Under the pieces are notes generated by a model that made no database searches, was not told the origin of the DNA, and saw only the letters and a list, made by a program, of their open reading frames with translations. The position numbers and the translations under genes were made by a program. A DNA stretch of 56,038 bases, counting the filler, from Sphacelaria rigidula (lineage: Eukaryota): assembly GCA_964200075.2 (NCBI GenBank). It is 7 parts of 7 records of this genome, joined end to end, with 100 filler letters (N's around TTAATTAATTAA, not from the genome) between each part and the next. Parts side by side here need not be neighbours in the genome. Positions count along the whole stretch, not along the records: positions 8,022 to 15,942 come from CAXNAA020012969.1; positions 16,043 to 23,962 come from CAXNAA020012970.1; 5 more parts are not named here. One strand, 5' to 3'. Below are positions 10,380 to 21,139 of the stretch, piece after piece; positions within the stretch are counted from its first letter, which is position 1; every line of letters begins with the position of its first letter.

Positions 10380-12200
10380 CGAGTGCATGGGTAAGAGCCT
10401 TGATCTTCAGTAATTGCTCCTTTGGGTTGGGTTGGAGTGTCGAAATCGTGTTGTGTAGTGTACCTACCCATTATTGTGAAGTGCAGTGTACCTACAACTT
10501 GTTAGTTGTCCCGTGAGTTTGGAGTGGGTGAGAGCTTCGGCGTACGGGAGGGTTGGCTAGATTGGGTTGTTATGGGTTGTGAAAACCGTGTTGTTTGATG
10601 TAATTCCTGATATTTGTAGGCTGTGAAGAGCAAAGTGCAGTGTATCTATCCGTTATTGCCGCCGTGTGGTTTGGAGTGAGTGAGAGCTTTGGCCTACAGG
10701 AGTATTTTCATCGTAATGGTTTTGAGATTGTCGAAGTCTTGTTGTTTGATGTTATTCCTGATATTTGTAGACTGTGAAGAGCAAAGTGCAGTGTATCTAT
10801 CCATTATTGCCGTCGTGTGGTTTGGAGTGAGTGAGAGCTTTGGCCTACAGGAGTATTTTCATCGTAATGGTTTTGAGATTGTCGAAATTTTGTTATTTGA
10901 TGTTATTCCTGATATTTGTAGACTGTGAAGAGCAAAGTGCAGTATATCTATCCATTATTGCCGCCGTGTGGTTTGGAGTAGGTGAGAGCTTTGGCCTACA
11001 CGAGTATTTTCATCGTAATGGTTTTGAGATTGTCGAAATCTTGTTGTTTCATGTTATTCCTGATATTTGTAGACTGTGAAGAGCAAAGTGCAGTATATCT
11101 ATCCATTATTGCCGCCGTGTGTTTTGGAGTGGGTGAGAGCTTTGGCCTACAGGAGTGTTTGCATTGGAATGTTTTATTTGACGCAATTCCTGATATTTGT
11201 AGACTTTGAAGTGCAAAATGCAAAATATGTATCCATTGCTGCCGCCGTGTGGTTTGTAGTGGGTGAGAGCTTTGACCGACTAGAGTGTTGGGTTGGAATG
11301 ATTTTATGATTCTCGAGATCGTGTTGTTTCATGTTATTCCTGATATTTGTAGGCTGTGAAGGGCAAAGTGCAGTATATCTATCCATTGCTGCCGCCGTGT
11401 GTTTTGGAGTGAGTGAGTGCTTTGGCCTACAGGAGTATTTTCATCGTAATGGTTTTGAGATTGTCGCAATCTTGTTGTTTCATGTTATTCCTGATATTTG
11501 TAGACTGTGAAAAGCAAAGTGCAGTATATCTGTCCATTATTGCCGCCGTGTGTTTTGGAGTGGGTGAGAGCTTTGGCCTACAGGAGTGTTTGCATTGGAA
11601 GGTTTATATGACGCAATTCCTGATATTTGTAGACTTTGAAGTGCAAAATGCAAAATATGTATCCATTGCTGCCGCCGTGTGGTTTGTAGTGGGTGAGAGC
11701 TTTGACCGACTGGAGTGTTGGGTTGGAATGATTTTATGATTCTCGAGATCGTGTTGTTCGATGTAATTCCTGGTATTTTTAGACTGTGAAGGGCAAAGTG
11801 CAGTGTATGTATCCATTCCTGCCGCCTTGTGGTCTGGAGTGGGTGAGAGCTATGGCCCACCGCAGTGTTGGGCTGGCTTGGGACGTCGAAGTGAAGTGCA
11901 AAGCGCAGTGTACCCATGATATCGTGGACTGTTAAGTGCAAAGTGCGGTGTATCTATCCGTTGTTGCCGTCGTGTGGACTGGAGTGAGCAAGAGCTTTGG
12001 CCTACAGGAGTCGTGCATCGGAGTGGGTCGGAGAGTCGAAAGTGTGTGTCTGGTGTAATTCCCGACAGTGTAGACTGTAAAGTGCAGTGTACCCATAATT
12101 GTAGTGATGCCGTGTGAACTTAGAGTGTGTGCGAGTTTTGGCCTATAGGGGTGTCGTTGGGGAAAACTGCGTCGGAGTGCCGAGTCATGTTTGAACACGT
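10380..12200. repeat. Tandem array of about 12-13 units of 129-151 bp with higher-order structure
   Basis: Unit starts (gtgagagc-type) at about 10390, 10528, 10680, 10831, 10982, 11133, 11263, 11413, 11564, 11693, 11843, 11988 and 12129; centre homogeneous, edges degenerate. Confidence 0.95.
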
Positions 12201-12957
12201 AATTCCTCATCTCTGGTGAGGGTCAATATTTACGGGACCGTATTTTCTCAAGACTCACTACGGATGTCTCCGAAGATTTGGCATCGGATTTTATATTCAG
12301 CATTTTTTCTTCGGAGAAAGGCGGGAAAAACCCTCTAGTATTTGGGGGAAAAGTCGCAAAATTGTTGTAGAAATCGCCCCGTTGTTGAGACCCCAAGCAA
12401 GTAGTGTACACGGTGGAATGCAGTGTACACGAATCGCGCACGTGTGGGTAGATATGATCGCATGCTATAGATACCTCTAGTGCACTTGAACCAGTGCGTG
12501 TAACGGCTCGGGCAGATGGGCAGCTAGACGGGCGGGCAGCTAATCCAGGTTCGGTGTCGACTGTCGACGGGTATCTCTTGTTGAGTTCTGATGTTTCCAT
12601 GACATGTGTTAATTGCGTCATGCGGTTTCCTCCATGCGCAGACAGTGCAGTGCTTCGAGGTGGAAATATATGCTGGCACACGTCGAGTGTATCGTGTGGG
12701 ACATCCAAGCACGGTACAAACCAACGCGGTGTATGTTGTTTGTATGTGACTTGTCAGTCCAAGTTGTACAGTGAGCCCACCTACCGGCTTGCCCGAAGGA
12801 AGACCCTACGCGAGTCCAATAGTCGGTACTCTTCCGAGGACTCAGATGGCGACGACAGCCTTGTTTCTGTTTTCCTATTTCTTCATTTTGCGCCGGCTAG
12901 ATGGTCATACTGTACTTCTTTACGCCGTCTTCATCATTTTGCAATTAGATTTACTGT

Positions 12958-13105
12958 GTATGAGGTGTGCCAGCCTAAACAGATGTTTGAGCTCTCACAC
13001 AGTCATATCCCATCGTCACAGACGAAATGGGCCGTGATCCGCATATCTACTCAAAGGGAAGATGCCCATCTGCTCATGAGTCTGGGGCAATTTTTTTCTC
13101 GGTGA
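12958..13105. repeat. Dispersed repeat shared with 16120-16280 in opposite orientation
   Basis: gggccgtgatccgcatatc...ccatctgct...gtctggggcaattttt aligns to the reverse complement of 16125-16280. Confidence 0.65.
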
Positions 13106-13955
13106 CTACACGCCATGTCGAGTAATTCCTACACCATCTAATACGGAGATAGGGCCCACACTAGATAAAATCTGCGAAAAAACCCGAACGACGTGTACAG
13201 CGGGTGATGACCATTTTCGGTCTCGACAATTACTGGAACACGGGGAAACGATCGATACTCTCACCTTCATCATATTAGTTATCTATATATTAATAATAGA
13301 CATGTGGCGCACATAAGATTCCATACTGAAATCATTATGTTATGAGTAGAGGCATTAAAAATGCACCAAATCTGGATTTCGCATCAACGGTTATGAGATT
13401 TGTGCTTCGAAAGTTGGTACGGAGAATCGGTGGAAGATATAATAAAAAATGAACTTTGCAGGCTGGTTCACGCTTCAACCTGAAAACACTAGACAAAACA
13501 CTCATCCGCAAAACTTCATACCGCTTTGAAGAGTTAGAATCTGAAAATTTGCACATTTTGCTATGGGCCATTCCCCATCTGTAGAATGTTGAGTTTTTTG
13601 TTTTGCTTGTTGAGTTTCTACCGTTTTTCGGGGGTCCGGGTCCCAGGGTCTGGCGGGAAACTTGGATCCCACCGGACCCCCAAAAGTGATGAAAAAGTCA
13701 AGAAGTACAAAAAAACTCTCGTGAGTCGAAAGTTGAACGATGACCCATGGCATATTTGTGCCGAGTTTTCAGGGTAACTCCGAAAAACAGCATGAATGAG
13801 GTTTTGCGCGTTTGCGCGATGACGTTAGCTTGAAACGTGCAAACCCCTCATTACTCGGTTTTAGTATGAAAACGTCTTTTTTGGGTGAATTTAACGTTCA
13901 AGCGACAAAAACTGTAAGAAGGGTTTTCGAGTTTTTCGACCAAATTTTGTACATA

Positions 13956-14238
13956 TAACAACGTTTTCGTGAGATTGAGAGTAGAGTACTGATTGAGAGT
14001 GGCCCCGGTAATTCGCTTTAACCTAGCCAATTTTTCGTTCCGTATGTGCTTTTCTTTGCCTCTATCACTACTAGCGTGAGCTCACAGCTACAACACGTCG
14101 ATATCCTACTCAGGGTTATCAAGGGCCTCAGTGGCAAGCTGCTACAGAAAGCATATTATCAGGCCTCGTGGAGAGGCATTTCGGAACTGAAACGACTCGT
14201 TCGTATTCTCCACTCTCAATCTCACGAAAACTTTGTTA
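13956..14238. mobile_element. TA-flanked ~285-bp MITE (Tc1/mariner-type), copy 1
   Basis: TIRs taacaacgttttcgtgagattgagagt / actctcaatctcacgaaaactttgtta; TA at both ends. Confidence 0.8.
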
Positions 14239-15252
14239 TATATTCCTTGCACTATTGTACCCCAGGATGCATCATCTTTTGCATTTCGAGGCATTCTGTA
14301 CCGCCTTCCAGGGGTCATCACACTGCCCGGAAATCGGAATAGAGATTAAGATATTTTGGAATTTTCTTGCATTAGCTCCATTCGGAGCGTCAATATCTCC
14401 GGAACTGCCAAGTTTGAGGACGTTCTGAGCTTTTCGACGGCAGATATAACGGAACCGCCGTGAGGTTCCTTGGGTATTTCGTGCGTATCATCATGTGGAT
14501 CCGTCGGGGATCAGTTCAAGTACGACAATCAATCAGTCAAAATCATTAGTACAAAATAGACTGTCAAAATCCCACATCACCGGAACACCACGGTTTCGAG
14601 TATAATTCGAACCCGTAGTAACCGTTTCAATTATGATATTTTCCCGTTAGATTCCCGAGCGGATGGCGGTTAATACGATTTGAAACACATTTTCGAATTC
14701 GGAACAATTTGAAGGGCGCTGATTGCTCGAGGTACCTTTTTACCCTTAGCGCCAGATACTCTCGACGATAGATACCCCCCCCCCCCCAAACCAGCCCAAA
14801 AGTGTCACGAAAAAAATCATCATACAGCGCCTGATCTTTGGGGTCAGGCTGCATGAAGCGCCTCATATTGGCGACATTGGCGAGAACAAACCCAAGGGTG
14901 GGAATACGCGGCTGCTCGTTGTGCTCGCGGCTTTTCCCATGTCGATTTACGTGAAGAGTTGGCCTTCCCAAACCATGCACCTTTTAGATGGGGGATATCG
15001 TAGGAATTGTCGCCATCACTATGGCGCTCAACACAAATCCGGCTACATGTCACACGACGCGATCAATATGATATTATTGTGTATGCCAGCATTGGGTAGG
15101 TACTGCGAAAGTCACTACTGCTGGTGATACAATTTTGGGTAAAAAGGGTGAACCATGCTCCAGCTCCTCAGGATTTCACACGTCGGACGGGCACGGGTAT
15201 GACTCGTAGCACTCGCACTCGTTGGACTGCTCGTTGGCCGTAGAAATTATTC

Positions 15253-15630
15253 GGGCGAGTACTCGAGTCATTGCTCGTTGTGGAGAACATTAATAGGGCG
15301 AGCACTCGGGTCAGCTCGTTGTGGAAAAAATAATAGGGCGAGCACCGGAGTCATTGAATTGCTCGTTGTGAGAAAACAAGTAGGGCGAGTACTCGAGTCA
15401 TTGCTCGTTGGGGAAAAAATTAATGGAGCGAGTACTCGAGTCATTGCTCGTTGTGGAGAAAAATAATGAAGCAAGTACTCGAGTCATTGCTCGTTGCGGG
15501 GAAAAAAGTAGGGCGAGCACTCGATTCATTGCTCGTCGTGGAAATAATTAATAAGGCGAGAACTGGAGTCATTGCTCGTTGTGGAGAAGTAAATGGCTCG
15601 AGAACATAATAAATCATTGCTCGTGATGAA
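15253..15630. repeat. Minisatellite, about 9 units of 40-47 bp
   Basis: Core gggcgagtactcgagtcattgctcgttgtgg followed by a short A-rich tract. Confidence 0.9.
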
Positions 15631-15942
15631 CGACTTGAGTGGAGGAGTCAGCAATCCGACCAGCGAATAATGATAATGAGCTGTTGGACAATCATGAACC
15701 TAGAATCTCCAAGTTCATATAAATGTATATATATCTGCACATACATGCACAAGCGTCAAGCTCCAAAAACTCGTTTTTATTTGAATGAGCCCCCCCCCCC
15801 CAGATGAGATACCCATGATGCAATGTATAAGGCGTTGCTGTCTCTGGAAGTGGCGATACCAGATAATAAAGCAATTAACAGCCGATTTTATATTTTGGGG
15901 TTCATACAAAATATGGGGCTGAAGTGGCATATATATCTGTCT

Positions 15943-16042
15943 NNNNNNNNNNNNNNNNNNNNNNNNNNNNNNNNNNNNNNNNNNNNTTAATTAATTAANN
16001 NNNNNNNNNNNNNNNNNNNNNNNNNNNNNNNNNNNNNNNNNN
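15943..16042. other. Artificial contig linker
   Basis: Same N44-TTAATTAATTAA-N44 spacer. Confidence 0.97.
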
Positions 16043-17270
16043 TGTGGGGAAAGCACTGTTTTAGGCTTGAGCCTCATCTCGAAGTTAAACCTCAATTCTC
16101 ACAATTTGTTGTTATGGGGTTTAACCAACGAGAAAAATTGGCCCAGACTTTTAAGCAGATGGACACCTTCCCCTCAACTAGACGATTCATACGATATGCG
16201 GATCATGGCCCAACTCGTTTGTGTTGATGAGATATTGCTTTGAGAGCTTAAATCAATTTCTACGCTAGGCCAGCTCGTATGCGCAAACACCGTATTTTGT
16301 TGGAACCAGGGCGTCAAACAGTGCCTACGGCGCTGCGGCAGCGCAGAGTCCCGACGGGCTTATGTGCGGCTTGCCGCAGGAAAAAAATGGCGCCGCAGGC
16401 ATTTCGCCGGAGGCGAAATACAAATCTGCGGCCTCCTTGTCGCCGAAGGCGACAATGTTTTTTTGGGAGTCTTTTCATTTGCAGCATCTGGACAATTTTC
16501 GTCCATTTACGTACAACATCGCGTGCCTTGTTCATATTACTCTCTAAATAAATGTACTATTTTTGTGCGTCAAACAACGTCAAACCACTTGGAATAGGTT
16601 TTACCACGTACTAAAACCATTTTTTGACTGATTTTAGAGGGTATTTCGAAAGGAAAGGCCGAATTTTTGCGCTCCGCGGGGCCTCTCCGGGGAGGGCCCT
16701 AGGTGGGCGGCGTCCTCCGGGGGCCCTCCAGGGGGGCTCCTGCGGAGGGCCGCATATTGCCTTGTGCTCTGGTCTGTGCGAGCGCAGACCGAGCCTTCGG
16801 GCATTTTGACGCCCTGGTTGGAACGATGTTCCTGTTCTATATTCGTTGAACCGCAACAGGTTGTACCGCTATCTTTTTTTGTTGCGACAACTCCATTCAA
16901 AACACAACGAGTGTATATGTACATGTATTATTTCGCAATTTTCACCACTTTTGCCGAGTTTTCTCTGGCGGCAAGTCATCTTATACCGCGCTTAGTTTTG
17001 CAGTGCGCGAAGAAGGTGCAGCGGTACATTACCTGTGAGGTCTAGGTGCCATGTGATACCGGTGGTACGTGTTCTAGCCATCGAAAGTCGCCCACACTGG
17101 CTCTACTTCGCGGGGTCTCGATCCCGAACCACAAAAGCCTCCACAAGATCGTGCAAAACTTGAAAAATGAAGCGAAACCACAAACGCCTGTTCATGGCAG
17201 GGTATTTCATCACCGTGTGATTATCTTTGCATTGTCATCGATTCAGTTCGTCGGGTGTCGGCTAGACTGC

Positions 17271-17573
17271 TATTAATCGAGAGTAGAGCGCCAATTGAGA
17301 GTAGCTTTGATCATTTGCTTTCACTTGGCCAAATACTCATTCCGTGTGTGCTTTTCTTTGCCCCCATCACTGGCGTTTGTTTTCAGCGACACGTCGATAT
17401 CATACTGACGGATACGAAGGGCCTCAGTGGCAAGCTACTACAGATATCATATATATATATATACAGTGCGTCGTGGAAGTGCATTTAGGAACGGAAATAA
17501 GTCGTACACTGATTAACCGCCTTACGCTCTCACTGTAGAGCATCTACTCTCAAGCTCACGAAAACATTGTTTA
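17271..17573. mobile_element. TA-flanked MITE, copy 2 (left TIR eroded)
   Basis: Aligns with 13956-14238 and 18467-18770 (aagggcctcagtggcaag; ctactctcaagctcacgaaaac). Confidence 0.8.
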
Positions 17574-18466
17574 TCACAGGAGACTTTGTTGAACTGCCTG
17601 TGCGCCTTGGTAGCCACGGTTCATGGGAGTCCTGCATGCAGAGCAGCACCTTTTGTACATGGATCAGTAATACGAATGCACTCTCCTGTATTATGGACAG
17701 ACTATCAACAGGTGAGGTAGAAATAGTCCTGTATACAGGGCTGCATCTACCGTGCTATTAATATAATACAGTCAACTTATCATCTTTCCAACATACGTTT
17801 ATCCGGGTGTTGACCAGGTGTTCAACGTATCATAATAGTTGGGGAAGAAACATCTACCACCGTCAATTATACTCAACAGTCCACGAAAGCATGTTTAAAT
17901 TATCAATAGATGTATCTCAAACTCGGCAAGGTCCTCTAGAGTGATTTTCTTTGCATCGTCATCGATTTGGGAGTACAATGACAGCGGTGTTGCAGCGAAT
18001 GTGACGAGCACATGAGAGCAAAGCAATTAAAAACAATTTATCATTGCCCTGGCCTTAGCCAGCAACAAACACAAATCGAATGATTTTCGACCCCTTACTG
18101 TTTCGTACGTGAAACGTTCAACACAGTCATATCTACGTCATGCCTATGACTCGCGATCACTTTCACTTGAAAAAATAGTACACAGAGCCAGCGAATAAAC
18201 CAGGAAACTGGGAGCAAAGTCGGATATACCTCTGTCGATAGCAAGTTGAAAACAGTAGATATCCACGCCTGTTCAGCATGTGACCTGCTGTCGTGGTCAA
18301 AGAGTTCAAACTTTACGGTCATGCGAACTCAACAGTCGTGATTGTTCAACGTCAACGAGACATGCGAACCCAACAGTCGTGATCATTCTTCGTTGACCAG
18401 ACTCGGTCCTGTCCATAAAACATTCTGACTACGAGGAAAGTTCCTCGGGTGCTGGCTAGACTGCTG

Positions 18467-18770
18467 TAAACGACGTTTTCGTGAAATCGACAGTAGAGCG
18501 CCGATGAGAGTGGCTTTGATAATTCGATTTCACCTGGCCAAATATTCATTAGGTGTGTGCTCTTCTTTGCCTCTATCACCGGCGCGTGCTTTCAGTGACA
18601 CGTCGATACCATAATGAGGGGTGTCAAGGGCCTCAGTGGCAAGTTACTACAGAGAGCGTATGGTGCGTCGTGGAGGTGCATTTTGGAACTGAAATAAATC
18701 ATCCACGTATTGACCGCCTTACGCTCTCACTGTGTAGTATCTACTCTCAAGCTCACGAAAACACTGTTTA
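18467..18770. mobile_element. TA-flanked MITE, copy 3
   Basis: taaacgacgttttcgtga ... ctcacgaaaacactgttta inverted termini; a partial fourth copy lies at 32083-32157. Confidence 0.8.
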
Positions 18771-21139
18771 GCCGTCGGGCTCGGTTGTGATGGTAAATGC
18801 CCGAGTGCGTGAATTAAACTAGTTCTTTGAGATTTGCCGATAGTCCCAGAAACGACCGGCGGGTATGAAAATATTCTAGTCGGATGTGTGCTTGTGTAAC
18901 GTAGAAATTGGACTACTACCGCCCAATCGGCGTTTTTGCGCCTGATTCTGTAGTCGGATTGATTGTATCGGATTGGCCATATGGGGCACGCGCCTGTCAA
19001 TAAAGGTTGATAGAAGGTACGCGCCGCAACGAGTTGGTATTATGGCAATTATATGCGTGGCTAGGAGGTTTTGAGGGAAAGAACTCGCCCCCTCACGAGC
19101 TTTACTTGCAACCCATCGGCCAAGAAAAGGCTTTGTAGAACTAATTACAAGAAGGGTTATCCATCTGCTCTGCCGACGTCTCATCCTCTGGCCTGCAAGC
19201 CGTTACTCAATAAGTGAGTTACGTGTACCATAGTCCCGGTCTATCTATTGTTTTTTCCTTTTCTGAAAGAACTTGGTGCTTACTCACCATAACAGCTGTA
19301 GCTGCAACCGTGTGCCGTGTGTGAGAGAATCTTGCTGCCTTGAGTTAACGAGCCGAACACAGGATCAGCTTGTCACATCTCTTTCTGGTGGGGTGCGACT
19401 TGCTTTGCTACTGTATACCACGACATTTATGGGGCTTCAGAGGTAGCTTGTCATTTCAACTGCAGGGTTTTCTCTCTCGTTCGACCGCTGTTTACGTACC
19501 AGCCTTGATTTTCACTTGATACTTGTATACACGATTTATCGGGTGATCAGCTGTTTTGTTTTGTTCAAAGTCAGCTGCCCCCTTTTTCACTTCGAGTTGA
19601 CGGACCCTCCGACTCGGGTCTAGCTTCAGGTCTTCGATGTGTCATACAGTATCCACGCTGGTTTTAGGCGATGGCGACCGGACCATCAGGCGCTTGAGGT
19701 ACGCGAACACTCGATCTGAACTGCGGTTTCCCTTTTCATTTTTCACCACGGGCGGTTCTTAAAAACAAAAGAGCCGCTTTTATGTCCTTTGTTTCAACAC
19801 GCCCCTCACGGGCCCGTGGAGGTTTCAAAGATTCCCCAGGAAAACACCCCCCGAGCGCCCCGCGAGCGCCCCTACTCACTGCCCATCGATCCTGTATCAA
19901 CTGAATCGACCAACATGTGTCCCAAGACACGCCGATTCATGCTTGCAGGTAAGGAGTACGCGGGCTATTTAAATCGCAGCCCGCTGCGCAGACGACTTCT
20001 CTTTCCCTAACACGGAACGTTGAGCCCACCATGCACACTGAATTATATCGATGCGACAAAGTGGGCCAGAACTACGGGATGTTGTCTGTACACGAGCATG
20101 ATCGAACAAGGCGAGGCGCGAGGCTCATGTTACTTGTACACAAGTGTCCGACTCTGTACTATTGTCACTTTTACACTGCACCAGTGTACACTACAGTTTG
20201 ATTGTCTCCCCACCAAACACGCACTGCAGTACATACTTGATCGTCCAGAAGGCGGCGTACCTTTCGCGTTGAAATCTTGTCCCGAATTGAAGTACTGACA
20301 ACAGTACAGTACCGTTTGAATTAAAAATGGTCTCGGCGGGCGATATGTTGCGGACGGCGAGGTGCCGTGCTGTAGCATACGTTGGTACTGCTGCACTATC
20401 TGAACGAAGTCATCTATATTGCATTGTAGATATGAACACGGCGCGGGTATAGCGCTGTGTCGGGTGTTTTTCCCGTGATACGAACTGTACCATTGACCCG
20501 ACCCTTTGCTGCACCACGCGAAGATCACATGTACGGTACTGTGCCACCGAGCATTTTGCTGTCTGGTGCTTTGTACGTTGCTGTTTGTACTGCATTACAT
20601 GTTTGTATTCCGGTTGTGCCTGTACATCATTAATTATCCACCTTATACGATGTACATCACCGCGACCCCAACTCGGCTATTTTCAGCGAACTACGCGGTA
20701 CTGTATTGAGTATCGCCAGCTGCGCTGGTTCTGCCTCTGGAAATACGGCATCCGACAGTTTTTTTTTTCTCAACCTCAACATGATCTCAAAACAGAACTG
20801 GACGGTTTGACGTTACTGTTCGCGGCGCCCCATACGTATATCCCCTCATGGCATGCAGGTTTGTCAAATGCGCTGTTGCGCTATTGACAATCACTGTATG
20901 TCTGTTGATTGTGACAACCGTCGTTTTCTTCTCGTCACTTTTTTTTTTCCGATTTATCCACCATCACACGCAAAAAAACTGTTCGTTGTGAGCGTTCTAA
21001 AATTTCTTCCCTTTCGTCTGCATCTGATTGACAAGGTGGTAGACCGCATGCATGTGCAGAGTGCGCGGAGCTACATGTCGATCGAAAACTGTGGACAGTA
21101 CCCTACCACTCTATTCCTTTTATTTTTGATCACGCCGCC

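Noticed and set aside
10380..12200. CRISPR or guide-RNA array, or real ORFs 10680/10831/10982
   Set aside because: Units are homologous along their whole length with no unique spacers; the listed ORFs shift frame each unit because 151 is not a multiple of 3.
15253..15630. CRISPR-like array of palindromic repeats
   Set aside because: The spacers are only about 10-15 nt, A-rich and similar to each other; the repeats are degenerate; no cas genes; eukaryotic context.
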